From assembly GCA_034520965.1 (NCBI GenBank), contig JAXHMY010000007.1, forward strand, positions 64,001-128,000: 64,000 bases of DNA, read 5' to 3'. This stretch comes from Spirochaetia bacterium (GTDB lineage: Bacteria; Spirochaetota; Spirochaetia; DSM-16054; Sediminispirochaetaceae). Positions 1 to 10,031 of the stretch are shown here, piece by piece (position 1 is the first letter of the stretch; every line of letters starts with the position of its first letter). The position numbers and the translations under genes are program-made. The notes under the pieces are model-generated. The model saw nothing but the letters and a program-made list of their open reading frames with translations. It was not told the origin of the DNA and made no database searches.

Positions 1-613
1 CTGTAGAGGTTATCGGAGAAGCCGGCCGGGGTTCAGGTTGTCTGGTATCAAAGGGCGGTTTGTTATTGACAAATTGGCATGTGCTGCGTGGTTTTGATGG
101 GGCTGTCTCGGAGGATATTTTTGTTGCAGTCTCCTTCTCGCAGCAGGTGCCGCCCAAGGAGTTGTTCAAGGCGGAGCTCATTGAATACGACGAGAAAACC
201 GATCTTGCGCTGCCGCAGATCGAATCCGAGCTTGTATCGATCGGGCCCTGCCCAAGGACTATCGATTTTCCTTTTTCTCTTGCCGAAACCCAGCAGCTGC
301 CGCGTCGGTGGAGCCGATGTCTTTTATCGGTTCTGCAAAGGCAGGCGGAGGCAGTGGTTCCAAGGTTTCAGTGTCGTTAACCCGCGGAATTGTAAGCGGT
401 TTTGAACAGGGAGCTAATGGTTTACTTATTAAGACAGATGCGGTGCTTACTCCCGGAAATTCCGGTGGAGCAGCTATTAATGCCTATTACGAATTAGTTG
501 GCCTGCCTACTTTTACTATGGGCGAAAAAAACTCGCCCATGGGTTTTATTCGACCCGTGAGCGAGATTCCAAGCAAATGGCGTGAACAAATTACTCGTCG
601 TAGAAGCTTCTAA
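1..613 (+). CDS. Trypsin-like (S1C/HtrA-type) serine protease domain, 5'-truncated by the window edge and frameshifted
   Basis: Frame 3 from base 3 reads VEVIGEAGRGSGCLVSKGGLLLTNWHV (catalytic His motif), then TDLAL (Asp); ORF 308-613 carries TDAVLTPGNSGG (Ser motif). The motifs are split over two frames. Confidence 0.8.
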
Positions 614-1188
614 TCTGCTCTTTTACCTCGTTCAGTGCATTCTGATACTGCTGTTCAAGCTGCTGCATATGGCGCTGCAGCAGTTGAGTATATTCAGGGT
701 CCTGTTCAGGCTTTAGTTCGATTTCATAGCCGTACTGGCGGGTAAGGTTCTGCTGCTTCTGCTGCAGCTGTGGCTCATACTGCTGCTTAACCTGTTCCGT
801 CAATTGTCCGCGATGCTGCAGATACTGAGTAAAAAATTGTGAAACCTGCTGTAGAACTGAAGAGAGTTGACTATCCTTTTCCGACTAACGTTTTTAAGCC
901 CTTCTCTACATAGTTAAGACGTTCCTGAAAACTTTCATCCCGCGGCAAGCTAATGTGCGAGAGGAGTATTTCGACTGCCGAGCTTTCGACCGTATTCCGC
1001 TCGTCTCCCTTGTACTCCTTAATTGCTTTTTGCAGATTTTTTGGTTCCGGTGTATCTGAGTTCATATAGTCTGAAGCGATTTTCTGACCGGTCTTTTTCA
1101 GTTCATTCTTCCGTATAGCAGTTTTATCGCTTTTAATATCGGCGGTCCGCTCCATAGCAAGTTCCCAGGTTGATTTTATTTCACCCAT
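591..1188 (-). CDS. Conserved hypothetical protein (DUF6657-like), split by a frameshift near 870
   Basis: N-terminus MGEIKSTWELAMERT with GGAGGAG RBS; Gln-rich helical C-terminal part lies in ORF 591-803. Confidence 0.6.
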
Positions 1189-1335
1189 AGTATCTCCTCC
1201 TTCGTAGTTCCCTCAATTTGAATATAACGCTATCTGACGGTAGAGTTCAATAACCGTATTATACTTTACCCCGTATAAGAAATCTTCTATACTACAGTTG
1301 TAGAGTGTTGCATTTTTAGGGGAGGAACGCAGTAA

Positions 1336-2130
1336 ATGACCGAACATGGTCAAATTACTATTGATGGAAAGGAAATTGAGGCTGAAAAGGGAGCCAATTT
1401 GCTGGTTACGGCCCGTAAGAACGGTTTTGATATACCAAGCCTCTGCTTTCTGGAAAAACTTACTCCATCTGCTGCATGCCGAATGTGTATTGTAAAAATA
1501 GAGGGAAGGCGGGGTTTGGTAACCGCTTGTTCCACCCGGTAGAGGAAGGCCTGCAGGTTACAGCCTTTAACAAGATGAGTTGAGGATTGCGACGGACCGC
1601 TTTGGAGCTGCATTTAGCGGAACATGATTATGAGTGTTCGGTGTGTGACGCCAATGGCGAGTGTGAACTGCAGGACGTTGCATACCGTTACGATATAGGT
1701 GTCGAGAAAAACAGAAGTATACCCAGTTTACCCATGGGTAATCAGGAGGGAAGTATCCGGCTTGCCCAGTGGCGGGAAGCTCTCCGCCGGTTACTTGGAT
1801 CACGAAGCTGCGAAGTGTATTGGCTGTGGACGCTGTATCCAAGCCTGTGATGAGATTCAGGAAAAAGGGGTTTTGGGCTTTGTGCATCGCGGTTATCATA
1901 CCTTTGTATCTGCTGAATTCGGAGCATGGAAGAATTCAACCTGTGACGGCTGCAGGGTAAGGGTAATCACCCGCCGTGGGGATATTGAATCTTGCGCGGA
2001 AAAGAGCTGTGGTAGCTGCGGATGTATCCCGTTTCATTTTCATGAATCCCCGGCCAATCGTCTTACCAATGACGTACTGGATCCGGTGGCAAAGATTCCG
2101 GAGCTGAAGGTCACGTGTATGTCGGATTGA
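1336..2130 (+). pseudogene. Degenerate formate dehydrogenase alpha-subunit paralog: N-terminal 2Fe-2S/4Fe-4S domains joined to the C-terminal molybdopterin-dinucleotide domain, catalytic core missing
   Basis: IPSLC...ACRMCIV...VTACST; HDYECSVCDANGECELQD; CIGCGRCIQAC; then RVRVITRRG...IPFHFHESPANRLTNDVLDPVAKIPELK. These match the start and end of FdhA at 10102-12819. Several frameshifts. Confidence 0.8.
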
Positions 2131-2756
2131 AAAATAGGAGTAGCGGTGAAGGAAAAAAGGGACATCTACCCGCCGGGATACTTGCCGGAGGCCGGAGCAG
2201 GCGGCTTGGCCGGAACAAGGCCTTTCTAAACTGGCAGGGACGTTCTCTGATAGAGTGGTCGGTTATGCGGGCGAAGGGAATTACTTCGAATGTATATCTG
2301 CTGGGAAAGGATAGGGCTGCGTATCAGCACCTATCCTGTCCGGTGCTGCCTGATTTTTACAGCACCTCTTCTCCTCTAAGTGGAATATTGACAGTTGGTC
2401 CTTTTGTAAAGCAGTGGCTGCTGCTGTTGGCCTGCGATATTGTAGTGTTCTCCGACCGCCTGCTTCCCTATTTATGGGAGCAGCGTACAGCGGGCAAGGC
2501 GGTCGTAGTTCGGTCGAAGGAGGGCCTGCAGCCATTGCTCGGGTTTTATCCTGTTGAGCTTATGGGGTACTGGGAACGGGCCTATCAAAAGGGAAGGTAT
2601 AAACTGCAGCCGACACTGCAGAGGATGCCGCGGGTTGAGGTTTCCGAATCCGATCTTCCCCGCCCCCAGCAAGGAGGGGCTCCGTTTCTGAATATCAACC
2701 GAGCTGCGGATGTAGAACAGCTGCGGAGTCTCAGAATCGATATGTCGGTGAATTAG
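2115..2756 (+). CDS. mobA: Molybdenum cofactor guanylyltransferase
   Basis: ILAGGRSRRLGRNKA, LACD, QPLLGFY and FLNIN motifs; adjacent to the fdh remnant. True start may be a little downstream. Confidence 0.85.
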   Translation: MYVGLKNRSSGEGKKGHLPAGILAGGRSRRLGRNKAFLNWQGRSLIEWSVMRAKGITSNVYLLGKDRAAYQHLSCPVLPDFYSTSSPLSGILTVGPFVKQWLLLLACDIVVFSDRLLPYLWEQRTAGKAVVVRSKEGLQPLLGFYPVELMGYWERAYQKGRYKLQPTLQRMPRVEVSESDLPRPQQGGAPFLNINRAADVEQLRSLRIDMSVN

Positions 2757-2914
2757 GGGATTCGAAGAAGCTCCTCTGCGCGGACGCAACTTCACAGTCC
2801 TGCTTTACAGTTGTGTATACTGTCAAACCAACTTGAAAACTATGATAATTGGGTCTATTCTTTCATGGAATTAATTTTACATATTTATTGCTATTTAAAT
2901 AACTGGAGAGATAA

Positions 2915-4769
2915 ATGAGAAATCTTGCTTCAAAAATTGTCCTTATGACCGTCGGGGTCGCGCTGTTAATTGGTTTTGTAACCGGTTTTTTTATGTCAAC
3001 ACTGCTGCTGCAGCAAAGTCGCGAAGGCCTGCAGTTGTATGAGAAATCCCTACGGGAAGGATTTGATGCGATATCATAAAGTATGAAGTGCAGACTGTTC
3101 ACTCGATGCTTGCGACGATCAAGCAGATGGAGGATGAGAGGCGTTTCAAACAGGATGAGGCAAAGAAATTAGCCGCAGATATTACTCAGGAATGCGTTAT
3201 GGTGATGACGGTTATTTCTGGGTGGATACCAGCGAAGGCCGGAATGTGGTCCTGTTGGGCGGAGATTCGGAGGGGACTAACCGTATGGATCTTCAGGATG
3301 TAAACGGCAAATACCTGATACAGGAAATCATCGAGAAGGGAAAGCAGCCTGGAGGAGGCTTTACAGACTACTGGTTTCCAAAAGCGGGAGGAGACGAGGC
3401 CCTGCCGAAGCGCGGGTTTTCCCTCTATTTTGAACCCTTCGATTGGGTAGTTGGAACCGGAAACTACACCGACGATATTGATGCAATAGTAGCTGAACAA
3501 CAGGAAACATTCATTCAGCAGGCGAGAGCGTCTATCTCAAAAATGCTGGGCATATTAGGAGTAGTACTGGTTGCTGCACTTCTGTTTGCATATTTTTTCA
3601 GCCGCCGTATTGTAAAACCGGTGAAGAGGGCTAATGAGCTGCTGAGAGAAATTGCTGAAGGGGGTGGGGATTTAACGCGTGAACTGCAGGTAGCCGGCCG
3701 GGATGAGATTGCAGATTTAACCGCCAATTTTAACCGCTTTGTTGAAACCCTCCGTTCAATCGTCAATTCAGTGAAGGGCGAGGTAAATCAGGCCCATCAG
3801 CAACGGGATGCCATTGTGGCCGGGGCGACCGAAACTGCTTCCTCCGTAGAAGAGATTTCCGCCACAAGCAGTTCAATTTTCTCTCAGGTTGAAAGGCTGA
3901 ATTTGCAAGTATCGGATACCTCAAACTCTATGGAGAAAATAAGTTCAACCGTAAATAAACTTGAAAATCATATCAGCAATCAAGCCTCGGCGGTAGAGGA
4001 GTCGGCCGCATCAATTAATGAGATGGTGGCCTCAATTCAGAGTGTAGCTACTACCACCTCGGAAAAACGGGGGCGGATAGAAGATCTGCTGAAAATTACA
4101 AAAAATGGTCGGGAAGAGATTGCCCGCACCGAAAAGAAAGTGGATAACCTCAATGCGCGTGTCTCCGAGGTTATGAACATAGTGCAAATGATCAATGACA
4201 TTGCCGATCAGACCAATTTATTGGCGATGAACGCCTCAATAGAAGCGGCACATGCAGGAGAGTCGGGTCGCGGTTTTGCGGTAGTGGCTGGGGAAATCCG
4301 TAAGCTGGCTGAATCATCTTCAAGTAATGCAAACCAAATATCGGAAACCTTGGAGAGTACTGTCGACAGTATATCAGAATTAAAAACCTTTACTGAGAAC
4401 TCGGTACAAACCTACCAGGACATAGAAGTGAGGGCCAATGAAGCAACTGAAGCCTTTACCGAAGTTTCCGCTACTATGGAAGAGCTTTCTACCGGGGCTA
4501 CGGAGATCAATAATGCGGTTGAGTCTCTGCGTGAGATTACCGCTGAAGTGAAAAGTGGTTCCACTGAAATGACCAACGGTGCAGATTCGATCAGTGCTTC
4601 CACATCAAATGTTGAAGAGGTATCGCAGAATGTGTACCATGCAGTATCAGAGATCGATACCGGTATACAGGAGATCAATGGGGCGGTATCAGATTTGAAT
4701 GAAGCTATCCAGCTGATTTCTGAAACTATCGATGCAATCTCAAAGCAGGTAGAACAATTCGTAACCTAA
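2915..4769 (+). CDS. Methyl-accepting chemotaxis protein with Cache sensor and HAMP domains (N-terminus frameshifted)
   Basis: ATG 2915 after GGAGAG gives [20 protein letters not shown] (TM helix); [11 protein letters not shown]ache motif; [12 protein letters not shown]; signalling motif [38 protein letters not shown]. Frameshifts near 3070 and 3190. Confidence 0.9.
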
Positions 4770-4797
4770 GCTGCTGCGTGAAGAAGGGAGCAAAAAT

Positions 4798-5983
4798 ATG
4801 AGCGAGCTGTTGTACTATGAATCTCCATATGAGACGAGCTTTACCGCTACTGTAACTTTAGTTGAACCGCAGAAAGGGGGGTGGGCGGTTCAGCTTAACC
4901 GCACCCTGTTTTACCCTGAAGGGGGCGGTCAGCCCTCGGATATCGGCTGGATCGATAACATTCCGGTTATCCGGGTAGAGAGAGCGCGATGATAAGGTAT
5001 GGCATTACCTGGAGGACAAACCTGGACATTCCGAAGTCCGGGGACTGATCAAATGGAGCCATCGCTTTGATTACATGCAGCAGCACACCGGACAGCATAT
5101 CCTCTCGGGAGTCATGTACCGGCGTTTCGGCTACAACACGGTTGCCATTCATCAAGGTGAAGACTTTACCACTATCGAGCTCGATATCGAGGATATCTCT
5201 AAAGAAGATATAGAAGAGATCGAAACTGCCGCAATGGAGCTGATTAACCGTAATTTACCGATGCGTACCCGCTGGGTGAAAGATTCGGATTTGGAAAAAT
5301 ATGATTTGCGGCGCCAACCGAAGGTAAGTGGAGATATACGGCTGGTGCAGCTTGATACCTACGATGCGGTGGCTTGTGGGGGGATCCATACAGTCACTAC
5401 GGGTGAGGTAAAACTGCTCAAACATATATCCACCGAAAAAATCCGCGGCAGAGTACGGCTTTACTGGAAAATAGGCGAACGGGCTATGCTTGATTATGAT
5501 TACAAAAATGAAACTGTGCTGACCCTGGTGGATTGGTTCTCTGCCCAGCCGCAGGAACTGCTCCCGCGGGTAGAGGCTTCCCTGCAGGAGCTGAATGAGC
5601 AAAGGAAGCGGGCCAATATCTTTGAGAGCCGGGTCGCTCGGTTGACTGCTCAACAGCTGTTAAGGGATGCCCATGGCGAGCCGGCGCTTATTACGGCTGA
5701 ATTTGAGGATGAAGGGAAAGATTTTCTTAAAAAACTGGTCCAAGAGCTGCCGGCTGACCTTCCCTGGGCTGCCTGTGTGATAAATCATCAGGGCGAGAGC
5801 TTTCAATGGCTGGTGGCCGTATCCGAACAGGTCGAATTTGATTTTAACAAACAGAAGAAAGAATTATTGGCCCTTATCGATGGAAAAAGGGGGCGGCAGG
5901 CCTCCTGTGTGGCAGGGGGTCGGCAGTCGCAAAGAGGGGATACCCGAGCTTATTTGAGCACTTTAGCGCTCAATGGCGGTGAT
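4798..5983 (+). CDS. Alanyl-tRNA editing protein (AlaX-L type) with C-terminal DHHA1, frameshifted
   Basis: LYYESPY, TLFYPEGGGQPSDIG, MQQHTGQHILS and ACGGIH zinc motifs; GKGGGRPPVWQG appears after a frameshift in the A/G run near 5885. Confidence 0.85.
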
Positions 5984-5986
5984 AGG

Positions 5987-7024
5987 CTAGGTGCCGACCG
6001 GTTCCTGGCCGGTATACTGCAGATAGGCATCCTGGTCAATCGGATAATCCCAGCAGCCCTGACGGTGAAGTGAGTAGCCTCCGAAACCGGTTTTGAATCG
6101 ATACAGGCCACACATGGGGTGGGCGGGTTGTTCCGCCGGTGGAATACCAAACAGATCATAGGAAACACATTTTTTCTGCTGTGCCAGCCGTATAGCCTCC
6201 CACTGTAGACGGTAGGTAGGCATGAGGTTCCGTTGTTCACCTCGGGATGCGCCATACAAATAAGTGGCGGTGGTTCCGTGCAGGGCCAATATCATTCCGG
6301 CCAAGGGGGTGTGGTCTTTCTCTGCCATAAGCAGGTGTATTTCGGTATTGGGCAGGTCCTGCGTCTGCTCTACCTCCAACAGTTTCTCAAAATTTTGATA
6401 GGCGTGCAGGGAGATTCCGTTGCGCTGCGCCGTTTCAGTATACATTCGGTACCATTCGTGTAATCGGTTAAAATGAGCATCAGAGACTCTCACTCCCTTT
6501 CGCTCGGACAAACGGATGTTGTATCTGGTTTTCGAGCGCATCTCCCGCAGCAGCTGATCGCTGTCTTTAGAGATATCCAAGATGCGTGTATCCGGCGGTT
6601 GAACGTCGGTGGGAGATTTACGGAGGTTTTTCTGTCGGGTGCCGAAGTTCATACGCAGTTCGCGGATACGCTCAGAGGGCGAGGGTTCGTCCTGATAAGG
6701 TGATTTCCAGGGTAGATCGTACCTGATAAACAGACAGCCTGCAGGGAGAAAGCGGCGGAGCTGCTGCGAGAGTTCTTCCAGAAAAAGGCCGCGAAACTCC
6801 TCCGCTACTGAAAAGGTCGGCGCCCAGGGCACGTAGGCGTAAGAATAAGCGCTTGAGGGCTGCTGGATGAACACTAGGAGGGAATCGTGATGCCCCTGCC
6901 AGTGTATCTGGAAGGCAACCGGCTTCCAGCCCATTCGATTCTTTACCATGGCCCAAAAGCGTGATTGCATGAGATTGCGGCGGTTGTGCATATTTTCTAT
7001 TGAAATATGCTGTAGACGGAGCAT
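5987..7024 (-). CDS. FemAB/FemX family peptidoglycan bridge aminoacyltransferase
   Basis: MRSKTRYNIRLSERKGV, ATYLYGAS, LQWEAIRLA, YDLFGI and GLYRFKTGFGG motifs. Confidence 0.9.
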   Translation of the reverse strand: MLRLQHISIENMHNRRNLMQSRFWAMVKNRMGWKPVAFQIHWQGHHDSLLVFIQQPSSAYSYAYVPWAPTFSVAEEFRGLFLEELSQQLRRFLPAGCLFIRYDLPWKSPYQDEPSPSERIRELRMNFGTRQKNLRKSPTDVQPPDTRILDISKDSDQLLREMRSKTRYNIRLSERKGVRVSDAHFNRLHEWYRMYTETAQRNGISLHAYQNFEKLLEVEQTQDLPNTEIHLLMAEKDHTPLAGMILALHGTTATYLYGASRGEQRNLMPTYRLQWEAIRLAQQKKCVSYDLFGIPPAEQPAHPMCGLYRFKTGFGGYSLHRQGCWDYPIDQDAYLQYTGQEPVGT

Positions 7025-7026
7025 AC

Positions 7027-8067
7027 CTATCGCGACTCCTTTGGCTGGGACTCCTTGGCCCGGTCACGGTTAAGCAAAACCCACTCAAGAAACTGGTAAT
7101 TTACTTCCCAGGCGTGGGGGCCGTATCCACCGGCCATTAAATATGCAATTGGGATTGATCTCTCGGCTAAAAAGCTGTAGATGACTTCATCCCGTTCTTT
7201 CAGCTGTGCTAAGCTAAGTTGCAGTTCTGCGGTAGAGTCGAGGCCGTCAAGCTCGTAAGGATCTGCTCCAAATACCACCACAGCCAGGTCCGGCTTGGGA
7301 AGTGCCTGTTCCAGTGTGACCAGTCCTGAGTGCAATGCCGATGCATATTCCGGTTCCTGCCCCGATTTAATGGGGATATCTACGGTGCTTGGTATAAACG
7401 AGGGGTGCTCTTGGTCATCGTTATCAAAGCGAGGCAGGTCCATCGGCCAGCCCTCGGCCATGTGAATGCTCAAAGTGGCGATTGATTCATCATTTGCTGT
7501 GAGGGCTGCAGTACCATCACCCTTATGAGCATCGCCGTCAATGACCCAGGCGGTTTTAATGTCTCCCTGGGCCTGGAGTTTACGAATTGCTATCACGATA
7601 TCGTTAATTATGCAGAATCCATGTCCGAAATCGGCGTGGGCATGATGAAACCCGCCGCCGAAATAGAAACAGGATTCTTGCTGCAGCGCTGTGCGCATGC
7701 ATTGCAAACTGCCGGCGGTACGGGTGCACATTACCTTAAAAATATCAGTAAGGGGGCTCTTGGCCAAAGCCGGGTTAAAACGATGGTAGTTGCCATGTTC
7801 GTCTATCAGCTCATAGGCTTGCTGCAGTAAGCTTTCGAGTTGTTCCGAGTAGAGCTTCTGTACATAGGAGTTAGAATGTACCCGTGCAATATCTTCCCGA
7901 ACTATCTCCTCAGTTTGGCTAGTTGTAAGGAGTTCGGGTATAAGCGGACCTATTATTTTATGCCGCTGAAGAGCTTCGATGGTGGTAGTGGCCCGATTAT
8001 CAAGTACCGGAATCTGCATGCCGAAATGCTGCAGCCCCGGCAGGTTGGGGTAAAAAAGTAGTTGCAT
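7027..8067 (-). CDS. Histone deacetylase family (Zn-dependent deacylase)
   Basis: GGGFHHAHADFGHGFCIIND, IDGDAHKGDGT, GADPYELD and MAGGYG motifs. Confidence 0.92.
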   Translation of the reverse strand: MQLLFYPNLPGLQHFGMQIPVLDNRATTTIEALQRHKIIGPLIPELLTTSQTEEIVREDIARVHSNSYVQKLYSEQLESLLQQAYELIDEHGNYHRFNPALAKSPLTDIFKVMCTRTAGSLQCMRTALQQESCFYFGGGFHHAHADFGHGFCIINDIVIAIRKLQAQGDIKTAWVIDGDAHKGDGTAALTANDESIATLSIHMAEGWPMDLPRFDNDDQEHPSFIPSTVDIPIKSGQEPEYASALHSGLVTLEQALPKPDLAVVVFGADPYELDGLDSTAELQLSLAQLKERDEVIYSFLAERSIPIAYLMAGGYGPHAWEVNYQFLEWVLLNRDRAKESQPKESR

Positions 8068-8106
8068 GGCCTCTATTGTAAAAACTTTTTAGCAATCACT
8101 CAAGGC

Positions 8107-8248
8107 GAACAATTCTAAATTTGGAAGTCGGAAAACTTCCAAATTTAGAATTTGTTTCATTTTCTTAGCAAAATTTCGTGTATCTGAAACGGTTATAGCC
8201 ATTCTAATTTTGAATATTGCATTGCATTATTCAAAATTAGAATCGTTG
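8107..8248. mobile_element. MITE-like double-palindrome element, copy 1 (~142 bp)
   Basis: Palindromes at 8112-8151 (17-bp arms) and 8201-8243 (16-bp arms); flanking direct repeat TCAAGGCG at 8100-8107 and 8249-8256; same architecture as 9284-9425. Confidence 0.7.
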
Positions 8249-8265
8249 TCAAGGCGCTTTTCTAC

Positions 8266-8294
8266 TTGCCCAAGACAAAAATAAAGTTTATTAT
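8266..8294 (+). promoter_or_regulatory. Sigma70-like promoter for the thioredoxin gene
   Basis: TTGCCC-17 nt-TATTAT upstream of ATG 8341. Confidence 0.45.
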
Positions 8295-8340
8295 ATATAT
8301 AATATACTATACTAAGGCTAACTAAAGCATTGGGGGGAAT

Positions 8341-8724
8341 ATGGGTTTTTTATATGTAATTGGAACATTGATTATTCTGTTTTTTGGATTTCAATATTTT
8401 ATGGTATTGAAAATGAAGTTGAAAAAGGGGAAGAATGCTCCCGAGCTTTCGGGAAAGCATGCCAAGGCCGTCAGCTCAGGAAAAAAAGCTATGTTCTATT
8501 TTTACAGTCAGAGTTGCGGGGCGTGTAAGGCTATGACTCCGATAATTGAAGGGTACGCCCGCAGTAACCCAAATTATTTCAAGGTTGATATCCAGAATGA
8601 CATGGACACTGCCCGCAAATTCGGAGTTATGGGAACCCCTTCGATGGTGATTATTGAAGGCGGGAAGATCCGGGAGTTCCTGGTAGGGCCGGTCTCTGAG
8701 GAGAGACTGCAGGCATTGCTGTGA
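8341..8724 (+). CDS. Membrane-anchored thioredoxin family protein
   Basis: N-terminal TM helix, FYSQSCGACK (CxxC) and FGVMGTPS cis-Pro loop. Confidence 0.88.
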   Translation: MGFLYVIGTLIILFFGFQYFMVLKMKLKKGKNAPELSGKHAKAVSSGKKAMFYFYSQSCGACKAMTPIIEGYARSNPNYFKVDIQNDMDTARKFGVMGTPSMVIIEGGKIREFLVGPVSEERLQALL

Positions 8725-8773
8725 AGCTGTAGATGCAGGGGGGCAAGCTGGCGAGGTCTAAGGCTGACCAACT

Positions 8774-9209
8774 TTAAGATGGAGCCTGTCCTCCTGGTTC
8801 GTTTTCTGAGCCTCTATCGTCTGTCTGTCCGCGTTGCATGCGGGCAATTATTTCAGGGAATTCGTACACCAGCATGCCGTTCTCATCCACTTCCATCCGT
8901 ACCCGCTGATTATCTACCATGAGATTGAATCAGTTCTTCCGCAGCCTGTACCTCCATCCCTGTTTCAATCACAATATCCGAGACCGTTATTTGCCCCTCC
9001 AGTTGATACGCAAGCTTATATATAGAGACCTGTTTTGATTCTTTACTGGGCTCACTGTCACGATATGTAGGTTCAAAGCTACTGTAGTAATCGTCAAGGT
9101 ACCAGCGTGACTGGTGGTGTTTTGATGGGGCAATAAAATGCCTGGCTATCATGTAGAGAATAAACACAGGAAATACAAAAAAGAAGGGGCCCCAAATAAA
9201 AAACATCAC
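8774..9209 (-). CDS. Hypothetical membrane protein, frameshifted near 8922
   Basis: N-terminal TM; IYKLAYQLEGQITVSDIVIETG continues in another frame as MVDNQRVRMEVDENGMLVYEFPEI to TAA at 8774. Confidence 0.6.
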
Positions 9210-9283
9210 CTACTCCTACTCGTTTATCAGGCTACAGTATACAAGCAAAACTACTATTTGACTACTTTAGAGAGGGTACACCA

Positions 9284-9425
9284 CAGGAATTCTCATTTTG
9301 GAAGTCATAAGACTTCCAAAATGAGAATACCCAAAAAATCTTTAAGATAAACTACTTATCTTAAACAAAATGTAAGCATTCGCAATTTGAAAATTTTCCA
9401 AAAATTTTCAAATTGCGAATTGCTG
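9284..9425. mobile_element. MITE-like double-palindrome element, copy 2 (142 bp)
   Basis: Palindromes at 9289-9328 (18-bp arms) and 9378-9420 (20-bp arms); imperfect terminal IR CAGGAATTCTCATTTTGGA / CAGCAATTCGCAATTTGAA; 10-bp direct repeat GGGTACACCA at 9274-9283 and 9426-9435. Confidence 0.75.
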
Positions 9426-9434
9426 GGGTACACC

Positions 9435-9768
9435 ATGGAGATTGGCGATAAACTGTCTGCAGCGATTCGCTATTAGACGGTCTCGTATGCTGACGCTGCC
9501 GGTATCAAGCATTACACAGAATGGTTTTCGCTGGCTTGAAGGGGCCATTATGGGGGTATATCCTGACATCATCGTGGCACCATCAATTGTGCTGGTAACA
9601 ACCGATTCTCGCAACTTCAAAGAGTGCAGCGACAATATATACCGGTTTATTCCATTTGTTTTAGACCGATCGCTACTGGGGTCTATACATTCCACAAACG
9701 AGCGTGTTCCCCTGGATACACTTGCGAAAGCGGCCAAGGTATACGCCCGATTATTTGAGCATTTCTAA
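9435..9768 (+). pseudogene. M20 family peptidase remnant (premature stop plus large internal deletion)
   Basis: MEIGDKLSAAIRY*TVSYAD resembles an M20 N-terminus and is joined to PVSS...TTDSRNF...NIYRFIP...IHSTNERV, a typical M20 C-terminus. Confidence 0.65.
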
Positions 9769-9796
9769 AAAATTACAAGCAACAAAGGGGCGGTAC

Positions 9797-9875
9797 ATGA
9801 GTACACAACAGCAGCAAGCCGCGCGCAGCAGTCTGCAGATTGGGAAAAAGGCCTTTTTATCCGCTATTATCGCCT
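9797..9875 (+). pseudogene. Truncated 5' end of a membrane transporter gene (possibly YfcC-like)
   Basis: MSTQQQQAARSSLQIGKKAFLSAII after a GGGG RBS, then the sequence turns AT-rich and non-coding-like. The family call is from memory of similar N-termini. Confidence 0.3.
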
Positions 9876-10031
9876 CGGATTACTTTTCCTACCATTTGGT
9901 TTTTAGCTGTTATCTCATTATCCACTCAACAATAAGCACTTTATTGAAAGCTGCCTTAAGAATCGTAATTCCGTACGTATAACGTGGTAGAGCTATTTCT
10001 GTATCCGCAATGGGGCAGCCAGGGCACCAAT

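Noticed and set aside
8112..9420. Palindromes as a CRISPR array, intrinsic terminators or integron attC sites
   Set aside because: Only two units per locus with non-identical repeats and no cas genes; stems are AT-rich and lie upstream of divergent genes; no RYYYAAC/GTTRRRY boxes or integrase were seen.
8107..9425. Composite transposon made of the two elements carrying thioredoxin and a membrane protein
   Set aside because: Each element has its own distinct flanking direct repeat and the outer flanks do not match, which favours independent insertions.
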